Source: Deferribacterales bacterium
GTDB taxonomy: Bacteria; Chrysiogenota; Deferribacteres; Deferribacterales; Geovibrionaceae
Length of the DNA: 64,000 nt
Direction: 5' to 3'
Assembly (NCBI GenBank): GCA_050253075.1
Contig: JBFWJS010000001.1
Coordinates: 576,001 to 640,000, forward strand
Position numbers and translations under genes: made by a program. Position 1 is the stretch's first letter; each line of letters starts with the position of its first letter. The notes beneath the pieces are model-generated. The model saw only the letters and a list, made by a program, of their open reading frames with translations. It searched no databases and was not told the DNA's origin. Below are positions 28,636 to 37,750 of this stretch, piece by piece.

Positions 28636-28714
28636 ACCCGATGTGATCCAGCCATCGGGAGGCAACACCCTTGCTGATTGCCGCCACTGGTCTGACGGTC
28701 AGGGTACGCTACCT
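28629..28714 (-). ncRNA. Putative ~86-nt structured small RNA convergent with muF
   Basis: Own promoter, long 5' stem-loop (28714-28660), terminator hairpin CCCGAUG-N9-CAUCGGG plus UUUACUUUU. Confidence 0.75.
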
Positions 28715-28720
28715 GATTTA

Positions 28721-28749
28721 AATATAGTTGAAAGACTTTGAGAGGTCAA
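28721..28749 (-). promoter_or_regulatory. Sigma70-type promoter for the small RNA
   Basis: TTGACC (28749-28744)-N17-TATATT (28726-28721). Predicted +1 A at 28714. Confidence 0.75.
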
Positions 28750-28754
28750 GAGAT

Positions 28755-29609
28755 ATGAAGATAGAGGTTTTTAGAACCGGACAACACAGAGATGCAGGGG
28801 GGCAGGAGTACGAAGCTACGCCGGAAAAACTGCATCAGATAGCAAATGACTATAATGTGTCTGACCATGATGCCCCTGTGGTCATAGGGCATCCGGCGGA
28901 TAATGCCCCGGCATACGGCTGGGTAAAGGCGCTATCTGTGGCGGGTGACAGACTGATGGCAGAACTGCGGGACATCCAGCCGGAGTTTAAAGACTGGGTG
29001 AACCGCAGTCTGTTTAAGAAACGCAGTATAAGCCTTTACCCCTCTGGACTGCTCCGACATGTGGGCTTTCTGGGGGCACTGCCTCCGGCGGTGAAAGGCT
29101 TGAAAGATTTTGAATTTAAGTCCGGTGAGGGCTTTGAACAATACGAGTATGAAGACATACAAGACCAAAAGGAGGTCGATATGACACTTGAAGAGCTGCA
29201 AGCGCAGCTGAAGGTAATGCAGGATCGTCTCAGTGTTCTTGAGACGGAGAAGAAACAGGAAACAGAGCGTGCTGATAAAGCGGAAGCCGATCTTGAAAAA
29301 GTGAACACAGAGTTCTCTGATGCTCAGGCAAAACAGGCTAAGGCTGAGCTGACACAGTTCGTTGATCAGCTGGTAGCGGATGAAAAGCTGCTCGGTAAAG
29401 ATAAGGCTAATGTGCTGGCATTCGCTGAAGGACTCGCTGCAGGCGGTAAGGTTATCAACTTCAGCGATAAAGAGGAAACTCCTCTGGCTGCTTTCAAGGC
29501 TCTGATGAGCGGTATGCCTAAGCTGACTGATCTGTCGCATGACTTTTCAGACAGTAACCCTGGCAGACAGACCGAGCAGACAGAAACAATCAAAAACGGG
29601 CAGGTGTAA
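28755..29609 (+). CDS. Mu gpI-like prohead protease with C-terminal scaffold
   Basis: IEVFRTG, APVVIGHP..NAPAYGWV, LRHVGFLGA.PPAVKGL. Internal GGAGG + ATG at 29181. Confidence 0.88.
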   Translation: MKIEVFRTGQHRDAGGQEYEATPEKLHQIANDYNVSDHDAPVVIGHPADNAPAYGWVKALSVAGDRLMAELRDIQPEFKDWVNRSLFKKRSISLYPSGLLRHVGFLGALPPAVKGLKDFEFKSGEGFEQYEYEDIQDQKEVDMTLEELQAQLKVMQDRLSVLETEKKQETERADKAEADLEKVNTEFSDAQAKQAKAELTQFVDQLVADEKLLGKDKANVLAFAEGLAAGGKVINFSDKEETPLAAFKALMSGMPKLTDLSHDFSDSNPGRQTEQTETIKNGQV

Positions 29610-29612
29610 AAG

Positions 29613-29969
29613 ATGGATAATATACTGAAATCTATCACAGTCTCAGACAAAAAGATCCTTGATGATATTCATCCTCCCGTCGTGATGACAAGAGGACTCG
29701 CTGACCACGCTGAGGATATCCCTGCGGGGACTATAGTGGCTGTAAATGGTACGGGCACCACTATAGTGTATGACCCAGACGGCACTGCGCCGACGAATGT
29801 ACCGACAGGAGTTCTGCTCCGTGATGCGGCAGTAGATGCAGATGTGGCAGACATCCTGGTACATGGGTGTGTTTTTGCTGATGTGCTCCTCGTAGAAGGA
29901 TCAGCGGCTGACTCTGCAGCACTCATTGCGCTGGAAACAAACACTCAAATCTTTGTAACTAGGAGATAG
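29613..29969 (+). CDS. Head decoration protein (lambda gpD-like)
   Basis: IPAGTIVA...PTGVLL...ILVHG motif, directly upstream of the capsid gene. Confidence 0.7.
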   Translation: MDNILKSITVSDKKILDDIHPPVVMTRGLADHAEDIPAGTIVAVNGTGTTIVYDPDGTAPTNVPTGVLLRDAAVDADVADILVHGCVFADVLLVEGSAADSAALIALETNTQIFVTRR

Positions 29970-29974
29970 AAAAG

Positions 29975-30952
29975 ATGAATATAGACCTTCGTCAGATATT
30001 TTCAAAAGCGGCGTTTATCAGATCATTGAATCTGCTTTCGCCTATCAGCTCTGTAGCTGTGGATAACATCTACAAGAACGTGCAGAACATCGCAAACCCT
30101 GTGATCCCTCTGGCTGATCTGTTTACTCAGATCAAGACTGTGGGACTCAGTACCCGTGGCGGTAAATACATCGACCTTTCCGGTTCGACAGAACTGGGTG
30201 CGAAGTGGGTGGAACCGTTCCCCATTAAGCTGAAGGAATCGCTCAATGGTGTTGAACTGAACAACCTGAAGATGCTTTCTGAAACAAGCATCGAAGCATG
30301 GAGACAGCAGAAGATCAACAAGGTACGCCAGACAAACCGTGCGACAACAGAGTATCAGGCTGTAAAAGCTCTGTCTGGAAAGATAGAGATGCCTGTCATC
30401 ACAGATGACGGATCTTCGGCTACGTATACCGTAGACTACGGCACACCAGCAACACTGACACCGGCAAAAGCCTTTAACGCTGTGGATGCGTCAGTAGAAA
30501 CAGTAGAAAAGTTTCTGTTAGACATGGCTGCAAAGGTTATCGAATCAGGCTACTCTGAAGTGGAGTTCTGGGCTGGTAAGGATGTCTGGTTTGCTATCTA
30601 TGCTCTCATCCAGGCAGTGCCAAACGACACACGTATCAGTGCAAAAGTCGAAGGACAGACGATCATCACTGCTGCAGGTAAAGTGAAGCTCCGCAATGAG
30701 CTGGTATATAACCCTACATCGAAGGCCTTTGAGCCGACAGTAGCAGCGAATAAGATCATGTGTATTGCGATGAACGCACCGCATACACTCGCTTATGCTG
30801 CGATAGACGACCTCGACGGAAACCTTGAAGCAGTACCGCTCTTTATGAAACCGATCAAAGACCCTGAAGGCGGCTGGAAGATACTTACTGAGTCTAAGCC
30901 TCTGCCGGCTCCGGTGATCAGAGCTATCTGCTGGGCAACAGCTATATCGTAA
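29975..30952 (+). CDS. Major capsid protein (lambda gpE-like family)
   Basis: 325 aa, TTEYQAVKALSGKI, VDYG, C-terminal ESKPLP.P motif. Confidence 0.82.
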   Translation: MNIDLRQIFSKAAFIRSLNLLSPISSVAVDNIYKNVQNIANPVIPLADLFTQIKTVGLSTRGGKYIDLSGSTELGAKWVEPFPIKLKESLNGVELNNLKMLSETSIEAWRQQKINKVRQTNRATTEYQAVKALSGKIEMPVITDDGSSATYTVDYGTPATLTPAKAFNAVDASVETVEKFLLDMAAKVIESGYSEVEFWAGKDVWFAIYALIQAVPNDTRISAKVEGQTIITAAGKVKLRNELVYNPTSKAFEPTVAANKIMCIAMNAPHTLAYAAIDDLDGNLEAVPLFMKPIKDPEGGWKILTESKPLPAPVIRAICWATAIS

Positions 30953-30965
30953 ATAGGAGGGGAGT

Positions 30966-31397
30966 ATGTACTGCAGTATTGATGATATCAAAAAGTATCT
31001 GGACTCTGAGGTGGTGGATCAGGTGGTCGCTGGCCGTCCTGGTCTTATCGAAAGTCACATTGAAGATGTGAGCGGAGAGATTGATGATCATCTGCGTGGG
31101 CGGTATGTACTCCCTATCTCTGTGGAAACTCCGGCTGTGATTAACCGTTGCTGTGCTGTGCTGGTAGCATATCGCACTCTTGGCGGTATCACAGGTGTGA
31201 TGGATACAGACAAAACAACAGAAAATGCACTGATGTATCTGCAGAAGCAGGCAGCCAGTGTTGACAAAATATTAGCAAACATCTCCGAAGGGAAGATGCG
31301 TCTGGGGCTGGCGGAAGCACAAGCAGATAGCGGGACAACAGATAATGAGCTGCTAACGAGCACTCGGCCCCAGACTTTTAACTTTGAAGGATATTGA
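30966..31397 (+). CDS. Mu gp36-like head-tail connector
   Basis: MYCSIDDI...EIDDHLRGRYVLP motif. Confidence 0.85.
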   Translation: MYCSIDDIKKYLDSEVVDQVVAGRPGLIESHIEDVSGEIDDHLRGRYVLPISVETPAVINRCCAVLVAYRTLGGITGVMDTDKTTENALMYLQKQAASVDKILANISEGKMRLGLAEAQADSGTTDNELLTSTRPQTFNFEGY

Positions 31398-31398
31398 T

Positions 31399-31902
31399 AT
31401 GGCTAAGGATGGATTTCGCCTGGATATGGGAGCACTTCAAAAGGTTGTCGGGAATATGCTGGACGGGATGTCGAAGACAGAAGACCTTATGGAGGAGATC
31501 GGCATGCACATGGTGGACGAGATCCAGGCTGCTATGGATGCCGAGGAAACATTTGACGGGGAAAAATGGCCTGAAGGTAACAGAAGCGGACAGGCTCTCA
31601 GAAATACAAGCAAGCTGTGGGGAGCAATTGCATATGAAGCGACAGGCGACTCTGTGGCTGTGGGAGTTGGGCAGGCAGCAGCAGACAGACACCCCGAAGT
31701 ACATAACGAAGGGATGACTATCAGACCAAAAAATAAGAAGGCTCTGAAGTTTCAGCTGCCTAACGGGACATGGCGCACAGTTAAGAAAGTGGTCATACCG
31801 AAGAGGGAATTTGTCCCTGACTTTGGAGAAAGTACCCGAGCACAGGATGAGATCAGGGAGCTTTGCTCTGAATATATGCAAGAGATCATGGGGATCAAAT
31901 AA
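31399..31902 (+). CDS. Virion morphogenesis protein (Mu gpG-like)
   Basis: DGEKW, HNEG.TIRPKNKKAL.F, V.IPKREF motifs. Confidence 0.8.
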   Translation: MAKDGFRLDMGALQKVVGNMLDGMSKTEDLMEEIGMHMVDEIQAAMDAEETFDGEKWPEGNRSGQALRNTSKLWGAIAYEATGDSVAVGVGQAAADRHPEVHNEGMTIRPKNKKALKFQLPNGTWRTVKKVVIPKREFVPDFGESTRAQDEIRELCSEYMQEIMGIK

Positions 31903-32408
31903 TGAATAGTGCAGCACTCTTTGAGTATCTGAAATCTGTCTTTGTTGATTGCGGAGTGGACGCTGTGAATGTTCATGATGCTCACAAGACCAACATCCTG
32001 AAACCAGGCTTGCCAGCAGCGAAAGTCTCCTCCGCTGACGACAGTTTGGTTCGGGATGTTGATCTGGTAAGCATAACCCGCAGTGCAACGAAAGAGACAC
32101 TGAATAAGAAAGTATATGACCGCACTGTGGAGTTCGAAGTTGAACTGCTGCATAAGACGACTGAAGAGGCCGAAGACCTCGGACTGGCGGTGCTGGCGGC
32201 ACTGCCTAGCAGAAAGGTTATCGGTGATGTCCGAGTGGATATAAAGGCCGAGAAGATGCAGCGTAAAGTATTCGCAGAAAACAAGCTGATGCGTGTGAAG
32301 GATGCAAAGGTGGTGCTGGTGATAAAGATCACGCTGCCAGTGATCCAAACCACAGAACGCCAGCTGATAACAACAATAGATATCACACCTAAATATACGG
32401 AGGTATGA
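31902..32408 (+). CDS. Putative tail completion protein
   Basis: Position between gpG-like and sheath genes. Confidence 0.55.
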   Translation: MNSAALFEYLKSVFVDCGVDAVNVHDAHKTNILKPGLPAAKVSSADDSLVRDVDLVSITRSATKETLNKKVYDRTVEFEVELLHKTTEEAEDLGLAVLAALPSRKVIGDVRVDIKAEKMQRKVFAENKLMRVKDAKVVLVIKITLPVIQTTERQLITTIDITPKYTEV

Positions 32409-32409
32409 C

Positions 32410-32721
32410 ATGGCAAAAAAGCCTGAAGGTGTAACACCTGAAGATGAAAAAACAACAGGACAGCAATCTGATGAATCGCAAGCTCAGGCTGGGCAGACGG
32501 CTCCAAAAGATGAGAAGCCGGTTAAGAAATCATCCAGTAAAAAGAAGGATGCAGCTGAAAAGCTGGTAGATGTCGCTGAGCTGGGCAAAGAGTTGCCAGT
32601 CTGGAAGCTGACAGGCATCCTGACTATGAAACAGTGGAAGCCTGGCAAGCAGGTTTCTGAAGCAGAATTTCAGGCTGCTGTGGAGCAGTTTGAAAACCGC
32701 AGTATAGGCAGAGGTAGATAA
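32410..32721 (+). CDS. Phage hypothetical protein
   Basis: GGAGGT RBS, W..GKQVSEAEF..AV..F motif. Confidence 0.65.
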   Translation: MAKKPEGVTPEDEKTTGQQSDESQAQAGQTAPKDEKPVKKSSSKKKDAAEKLVDVAELGKELPVWKLTGILTMKQWKPGKQVSEAEFQAAVEQFENRSIGRGR

Positions 32722-32723
32722 TT

Positions 32724-34403
32724 ATGAATGATGTAATTGAATATATCGTTGACGGCACGAGCGGCCTGGCACCTGGAGACGTTTCCGGTAGTGCAATGAT
32801 CGTGGGCGTATGCTCCGCCGGAACAGTGGGTAAAGCTTATCTGCTGGGTAAGAGTTCAGATTTATCCGGATTGCTCGGAGCCGGCCCTCTTGTTGATGCT
32901 CTACGTGATGTTTTCGCCACTGGCGGACAGGAAGCGTATGTTGTCGCTGTGCCTTGCTCCGGAGTGAGCGGTGCATACATCACAGACATTACCCATGTGG
33001 GCGGGGGCAGTGAGGCCACAGTAAGCGGTGTGGCCGCTGAGAATGCAGATGTTGTGATCAGTGTAGTATCCGGCGGTGTGCTGGGTGTTGCAACTGTAAA
33101 GGTGTCTGTTGATGGCGGTGAGAACTTTGGCTCTGACCAGCAGGTAGCTGCAGACGGCATATTGCCTCTGACAGACCAGGGCGCAAATGTTGTCTTTGTC
33201 GGTGATCTCGTGACGGACGACACATACAGCTTTGCTGTGCGTACCGCCATAGGCCCTGTGGCGCATGTAGGTACCGGTCCTGATATCACTGTGGCTGGAA
33301 CTGTAACTATGGGTGCCGATATCATCCTTCAGATAACATCTGCAGGTGGGCTGAATGAAGGTACATATCAGCTCTCCCTCGATGGCGACAGCTTTGGACT
33401 GGAAAGAACTATCCCTGCCGACGGTCTGATCAGTGTCGGTGACACTGGTGTGACTATCACATTCCCTGATGAAGACGCTGTACAGGGGGACACTTATACA
33501 TTCCGTCTGATGGCTCCTGTGCCTTCGGTCTCTATGGTGATAGATGCTATCGAACAACCGCTGGAGACTTTCGATGTAGAGAACATCCTCGTTGTCGGCC
33601 CTACAGACAGTGTGGACTGGGCGAGCTTTGGCGCATATGCAGATGAGCTTTGGAATAAACACAGGCCGACATACTTCATCACTGCTGCCAGGATGCCTTA
33701 TGACAATGAAGACATTGATGACTGGGCGGCTGCACTGATCAATGAAGCCAGTGAATACTCTCACAGGTTTGTCAGTGTATGTGCAGCATGGGGAGAGATC
33801 AGCGACACTGAAGGATACACCCAGAGACGTAATGCAGCTGGTCTGCTCCAGGGCAGAATACTTTCTATCCCTGTTGTACGCTCCATCGGCCGTGTGCGTG
33901 ATGCTGCTGTTTCTCAGCTGGCTCTGCCTGATGGGTATAATGAAAGCCATGTGACTGCACTGGCAAACGCAGGCTATACCGTTGCTAAGAAGTATGCAGG
34001 TCTGAACGGTACATACTGGGAAGATGCTAAAACACTGGCTGATGCAACATCAGACTATATCTATCTGCGTGTGGTCAGGACTGTATTTAAAGCTATACGC
34101 CTGGCGAGGATCGCCGCTCTGAAGAGTATGTATGACGAGGTGGGAGATCCTCTCCGCCCTGAAGGTGCTGCGGGGCTGAACTATCTGAAAGCGAATATCG
34201 AAAGTGCAGTGGGAACAATGTCTGCGGCGGTACCGCAGGAGCTTGCAGACTGTATCGCTTCATTCCCTGCAGGTCAGGATATTGTGAATAACGGTGTGGC
34301 TACTGAGCTGGAGCTGATCGGTATACCTGTCATCGGTAAGATCAAGATCTTTGCTAAGTATATGTATGCCGGCAGCGCATTTGATCCGAGACTGGAGGTA
34401 TAG
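32724..34403 (+). CDS. Tail sheath protein (DUF2586-like)
   Basis: 559 aa, SIGRVRD, YAGLNG.Y, SDY......RTVFKA.R motifs. Confidence 0.82.
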   Translation: MNDVIEYIVDGTSGLAPGDVSGSAMIVGVCSAGTVGKAYLLGKSSDLSGLLGAGPLVDALRDVFATGGQEAYVVAVPCSGVSGAYITDITHVGGGSEATVSGVAAENADVVISVVSGGVLGVATVKVSVDGGENFGSDQQVAADGILPLTDQGANVVFVGDLVTDDTYSFAVRTAIGPVAHVGTGPDITVAGTVTMGADIILQITSAGGLNEGTYQLSLDGDSFGLERTIPADGLISVGDTGVTITFPDEDAVQGDTYTFRLMAPVPSVSMVIDAIEQPLETFDVENILVVGPTDSVDWASFGAYADELWNKHRPTYFITAARMPYDNEDIDDWAAALINEASEYSHRFVSVCAAWGEISDTEGYTQRRNAAGLLQGRILSIPVVRSIGRVRDAAVSQLALPDGYNESHVTALANAGYTVAKKYAGLNGTYWEDAKTLADATSDYIYLRVVRTVFKAIRLARIAALKSMYDEVGDPLRPEGAAGLNYLKANIESAVGTMSAAVPQELADCIASFPAGQDIVNNGVATELELIGIPVIGKIKIFAKYMYAGSAFDPRLEV

Positions 34404-34405
34404 AA

Positions 34406-34831
34406 ATGATAAACGGCGTTATGTATGACTGGGAGTCTGTGGAGATACAGCTCCCGAACGGCACAGCGTATGGTGTGACAGAGATATCATATGATGACGA
34501 GCAGGCGATAGAGGCTCGTTACGGTAAAGGCTCAAAACCAAGAGGCTATGGACGGGGGAACTATAAGGGTTCCGGTTCGATGACTATGGACAGAGACGAG
34601 TATGAGAGGCTGAGAAAGTCACTCGGCGGATCTGTGTATAAGGCAGATCCTTTCCCTGTCGTTTCAAGCTATGGGAACGATGATCAGCCCACTGTTACTG
34701 ATACATTACCAAAATGTAAGATTACAAAGCAGTCCACATCATCTAAGCAGGGTGAATCGAAAGCCAGTGAGATGAAGCTGGACTTTGAGATACTGGAGCC
34801 GATCAAGTGGGACGGCGAGTCCGCATACTAA
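34406..34831 (+). CDS. Tail tube protein
   Basis: MINGVMYDW...ISY.D...YGKGSKPRGYGRGNY, follows the sheath gene. Confidence 0.8.
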   Translation: MINGVMYDWESVEIQLPNGTAYGVTEISYDDEQAIEARYGKGSKPRGYGRGNYKGSGSMTMDRDEYERLRKSLGGSVYKADPFPVVSSYGNDDQPTVTDTLPKCKITKQSTSSKQGESKASEMKLDFEILEPIKWDGESAY

Positions 34832-34851
34832 ACATATAAAAGGAGACAAAC

Positions 34852-35166
34852 ATGAATGAGAAGAAACCGGAAGGAAAAGACGAGAAGCAGTATCTGCCGC
34901 TGGAAGCAAGTTTTGAGAACTGGGCAGAGGAAACTATTGAGGTAACATTCCGTTTTGCGAAGCCTTCGAAGGCGAAGATCGAGCATACAAATGCGGCTAT
35001 ACAGAAAGATAAAGGGACAAAGGCTATCAGGAACTTTCTGGTCGGCCTTATACATCCAGATGAATCAGAAAAGTTCATCGAATATCTTGATGAATACCCA
35101 GGCCTTGTACAGTCATTCTCAGACGCAATATACCGCAAGCTGGGCTTTCAAAGCGTGGGAAAGTAA
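34852..35166 (+). CDS. Tail assembly chaperone (G form)
   Basis: Between tube and tape measure genes, ends G GGA AAG TAA. Confidence 0.8.
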   Translation: MNEKKPEGKDEKQYLPLEASFENWAEETIEVTFRFAKPSKAKIEHTNAAIQKDKGTKAIRNFLVGLIHPDESEKFIEYLDEYPGLVQSFSDAIYRKLGFQSVGK

Positions 35167-35339
35167 TACAGCAGAAAAAGCAGGAGCTGGGCTTTTTCGG
35201 ACAGCAGGACGCACTGATAAAGCAATGGCTGCATGAACCGCCTGCAGAAGACTTTGAAGTCTATACAACGCAGGCGGCTCAGGCTGCTTTTCTGGAAGAG
35301 AGATTCTTTAAACAATTAAACAGCAGTAGAGAAGGTTAG
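35157..35339 (+). CDS. -1 frameshift extension of tail chaperone (GT form)
   Basis: Slippery GGGAAAG at 35157-35163. The -1 frame is open with no ATG up to TAG 35337-35339, two bases before the tape measure start. Confidence 0.85.
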   Translation, partial: GKVIQQKKQELGFFGQQDALIKQWLHEPPAEDFEVYTTQAAQAAFLEERFFKQLNSSREG

Positions 35340-35341
35340 AT

Positions 35342-37750
35342 ATGGTCGGCAAGAGCATGGTTTTGAACAGTGTCTTCAGTTTGACAGACATGATATCAGG
35401 CCCGCTGAAAAGGATACAGAGCAGCATGAACAACACTGAGCGGGCAGGCAATAGCCTGACCGCTAAGATGATGAAGCTGACAAAGAGCTTTGCTCTGGTG
35501 GCTGCGGCTGCCGGAGTCATCGTTGGCTCTATGTGGTCTCTGGCATCGTCAACCATAGAGACTCAGAGCCGTCTGGGTGAACTGGCATCTGTCGGGATCA
35601 CGAACATGGCGGCTCTGGAAACTGCTGCTACTGACTTTTCAAACAACTTTGCCGGAAGTACGAAGGCGGACTTTCTGGCTGCTGCATATGACATAAAGTC
35701 CGGTATATCTTCGCTGAGTGATGAAGGTGTAGCGGAGTTTACGGCACTGGCCGGTGCGACTGCGAAAGCGACAAAGGCGACTATCGGAGAGATGACATCT
35801 CTGTTTGCCACCGGTTATGGAATATATAAGGGGCAGTATGCCCAGATGAGCGACATTGAGTTTGGCTCTCTGTTTTCATCCGGTATAGCTGCATCTGTGC
35901 AGGGGTTTAAGACTACTGGTGCGGAGATGTCCGCAGCGATCACGTCTATAGGCGCCGCTGCAACAAATGCACAAGTTCCTCTTCAGGAACAGTTATCTGT
36001 GCTGGGTATGCTGCAGGCAACTATGAGCGGCTCGGAAGCGGGTACGAAATATCGTGCATTTATCGCTAAGGCTGCCGGAGCAGGTAAAGACCTGGGGCTG
36101 TCTTTTATGGATGCTAATAATACTCTGCGGTCTATGCCTGAAATACTGACTGCTCTGAAGAGTAAATATGGAGAGACAATAGACGCAGTAGAAAAGATGC
36201 AGCTGACAAAGGCATTTGGTACTGAGGAGGCTGTGGCCCTGATAGATCTGCTGTACTCAAAAGTCGGCGATCTGCAGACGAACATCGGCAGCCTGGACTC
36301 TGCTATGAAATCTGGCAAGGCTTTTACTCTGGATATGGCAAAGGCCATGAATGACCACCTGGGAGCGAATATACAAAAGGCAGGTCAGCAGGTGCATAAC
36401 CTGGCGGAGATAGTCGGCGGAATATTTGCCCCGATGTTTAACACTGTGGTGAACGGCTTTTCGGGTGTTGCTATGTGGCTTCAGAAGGTGGCGACTGCTG
36501 TTGCCTCCAGTTCTATCGGCAGAGGCTTTTTAAACATTGCTCTTGTGGCTTCGCTCGCTGTTGTCGGGTTGTTTGCTTTTTCAGCTGCGACTGCTGCGGC
36601 CAGCTTTGCTATGCCTATGCTGACAGCGGCGCTTGCCCCTGTGGTTGCGATGATCGGTGCTATCAGCTGGCCAATATGGCTGGCTGTGGGTGCGGTGATC
36701 GGGCTGTATATAGCTTTTAAAAAGAACTTTGGCGGGATGGCAGACAGTGTGAAGGGGTGGTGGAATAATATCAGCCTGACCTTCAGAGGTGTTACTGCGA
36801 TATTCCGCAGCCTGGAAGACGGTGTGGGAACTATCAAGGGTGAGCTGGCCACAGACATAAAGGCGGCCGGACTTGTCAATGCGGTGACTACTATCGCCAA
36901 GATCGTCTACAGGATCAAAGAGCTTTTTGCAGGGATATATGAGCCTATCGCTGCAACATTTGCATCTCTGGCACCAGTGTTTTCTGATGCATTTGGCCCT
37001 TTGTGGAGTCTGCTGAAGGGTGTGGGCTCAATGATAGGCTGGGTAGCTGAGAAGCTAGGACTGATGACTGCGGGAACAGATGTCAGTGGATGGCGGACAT
37101 TTGGCAATGTGATAGGTATGGTTATGTCCGGTGTTGTACAGCTGATTATGCTGCCGATCCACGCTATCTCAATCCTGATGAACGCTTCTAAGGCTCTGGC
37201 TGCTGCTCCTATGGCTGTTGTTGATGCCTTTTTAAACATGATCGCTTCTGTGAAAAACTTCTTTGCAAATTTGAACCTGGCGGAGTCCGGGGCGAAGATG
37301 GTTACCACTCTGGTGGACGGGATAAAGTCTAAGATAATGGCACCTGTGGAGGCTGTGAAAGGCGGCTTTATGAAGCTGCGCAACCTGTTGCCTTTTTCGG
37401 ATGCCAAAGAGGGGCCCCTTTCACAACTGACAAAATCCGGAAGTAAGATAATGAGCACTCTGGCTGTGGGTGTTGTTGCGGAATCACCTGTGCTGTCGGC
37501 TGCTATGGAGAAAGGTTTTAACTCTCTGCCTGGTGTTTCCCAGGCTATGCCTGCGGAAGCTCAACATCTGGAAATGCCGGCGAGTGTGCCGACTCCCGGA
37601 GAACAGCAAATAAACCTGAAACAAGAAAAGTCAGACAAGTCTGCTAAGGGCGGCTTGACTGTTACTATACAACAATTAAATCTGCCTGGGGTGACTGATG
37701 TGAATGACTTCATCGCTGCCCTGCAGGCAATGGTGGTGGAAAATGCCTGA
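35342..37750 (+). CDS. Tail tape measure protein
   Basis: 802 aa Ala/Gly-rich, AAYDIKSG, SGSEAGT, LLPFSDAKEGPLS motifs. Confidence 0.92.
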   Translation: MVGKSMVLNSVFSLTDMISGPLKRIQSSMNNTERAGNSLTAKMMKLTKSFALVAAAAGVIVGSMWSLASSTIETQSRLGELASVGITNMAALETAATDFSNNFAGSTKADFLAAAYDIKSGISSLSDEGVAEFTALAGATAKATKATIGEMTSLFATGYGIYKGQYAQMSDIEFGSLFSSGIAASVQGFKTTGAEMSAAITSIGAAATNAQVPLQEQLSVLGMLQATMSGSEAGTKYRAFIAKAAGAGKDLGLSFMDANNTLRSMPEILTALKSKYGETIDAVEKMQLTKAFGTEEAVALIDLLYSKVGDLQTNIGSLDSAMKSGKAFTLDMAKAMNDHLGANIQKAGQQVHNLAEIVGGIFAPMFNTVVNGFSGVAMWLQKVATAVASSSIGRGFLNIALVASLAVVGLFAFSAATAAASFAMPMLTAALAPVVAMIGAISWPIWLAVGAVIGLYIAFKKNFGGMADSVKGWWNNISLTFRGVTAIFRSLEDGVGTIKGELATDIKAAGLVNAVTTIAKIVYRIKELFAGIYEPIAATFASLAPVFSDAFGPLWSLLKGVGSMIGWVAEKLGLMTAGTDVSGWRTFGNVIGMVMSGVVQLIMLPIHAISILMNASKALAAAPMAVVDAFLNMIASVKNFFANLNLAESGAKMVTTLVDGIKSKIMAPVEAVKGGFMKLRNLLPFSDAKEGPLSQLTKSGSKIMSTLAVGVVAESPVLSAAMEKGFNSLPGVSQAMPAEAQHLEMPASVPTPGEQQINLKQEKSDKSAKGGLTVTIQQLNLPGVTDVNDFIAALQAMVVENA

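Noticed and set aside
28505..28687. 60-aa minus-strand ORF as an immunity protein for MuF
   Set aside because: No RBS, its start is buried in the stem-loop, it crosses the intrinsic terminator and it runs antisense into muF.
29607..29615. In-frame TAA-AAG-ATG between protease and decoration genes suggesting readthrough
   Set aside because: TAA is a poor readthrough codon, and in-frame spacing occurs one time in three by chance.
32901..33950. Long antisense ORFs (349 aa here, and similar ones opposite che and tail genes)
   Set aside because: They are shadows of well-supported genes on the other strand and show no recognisable motifs.
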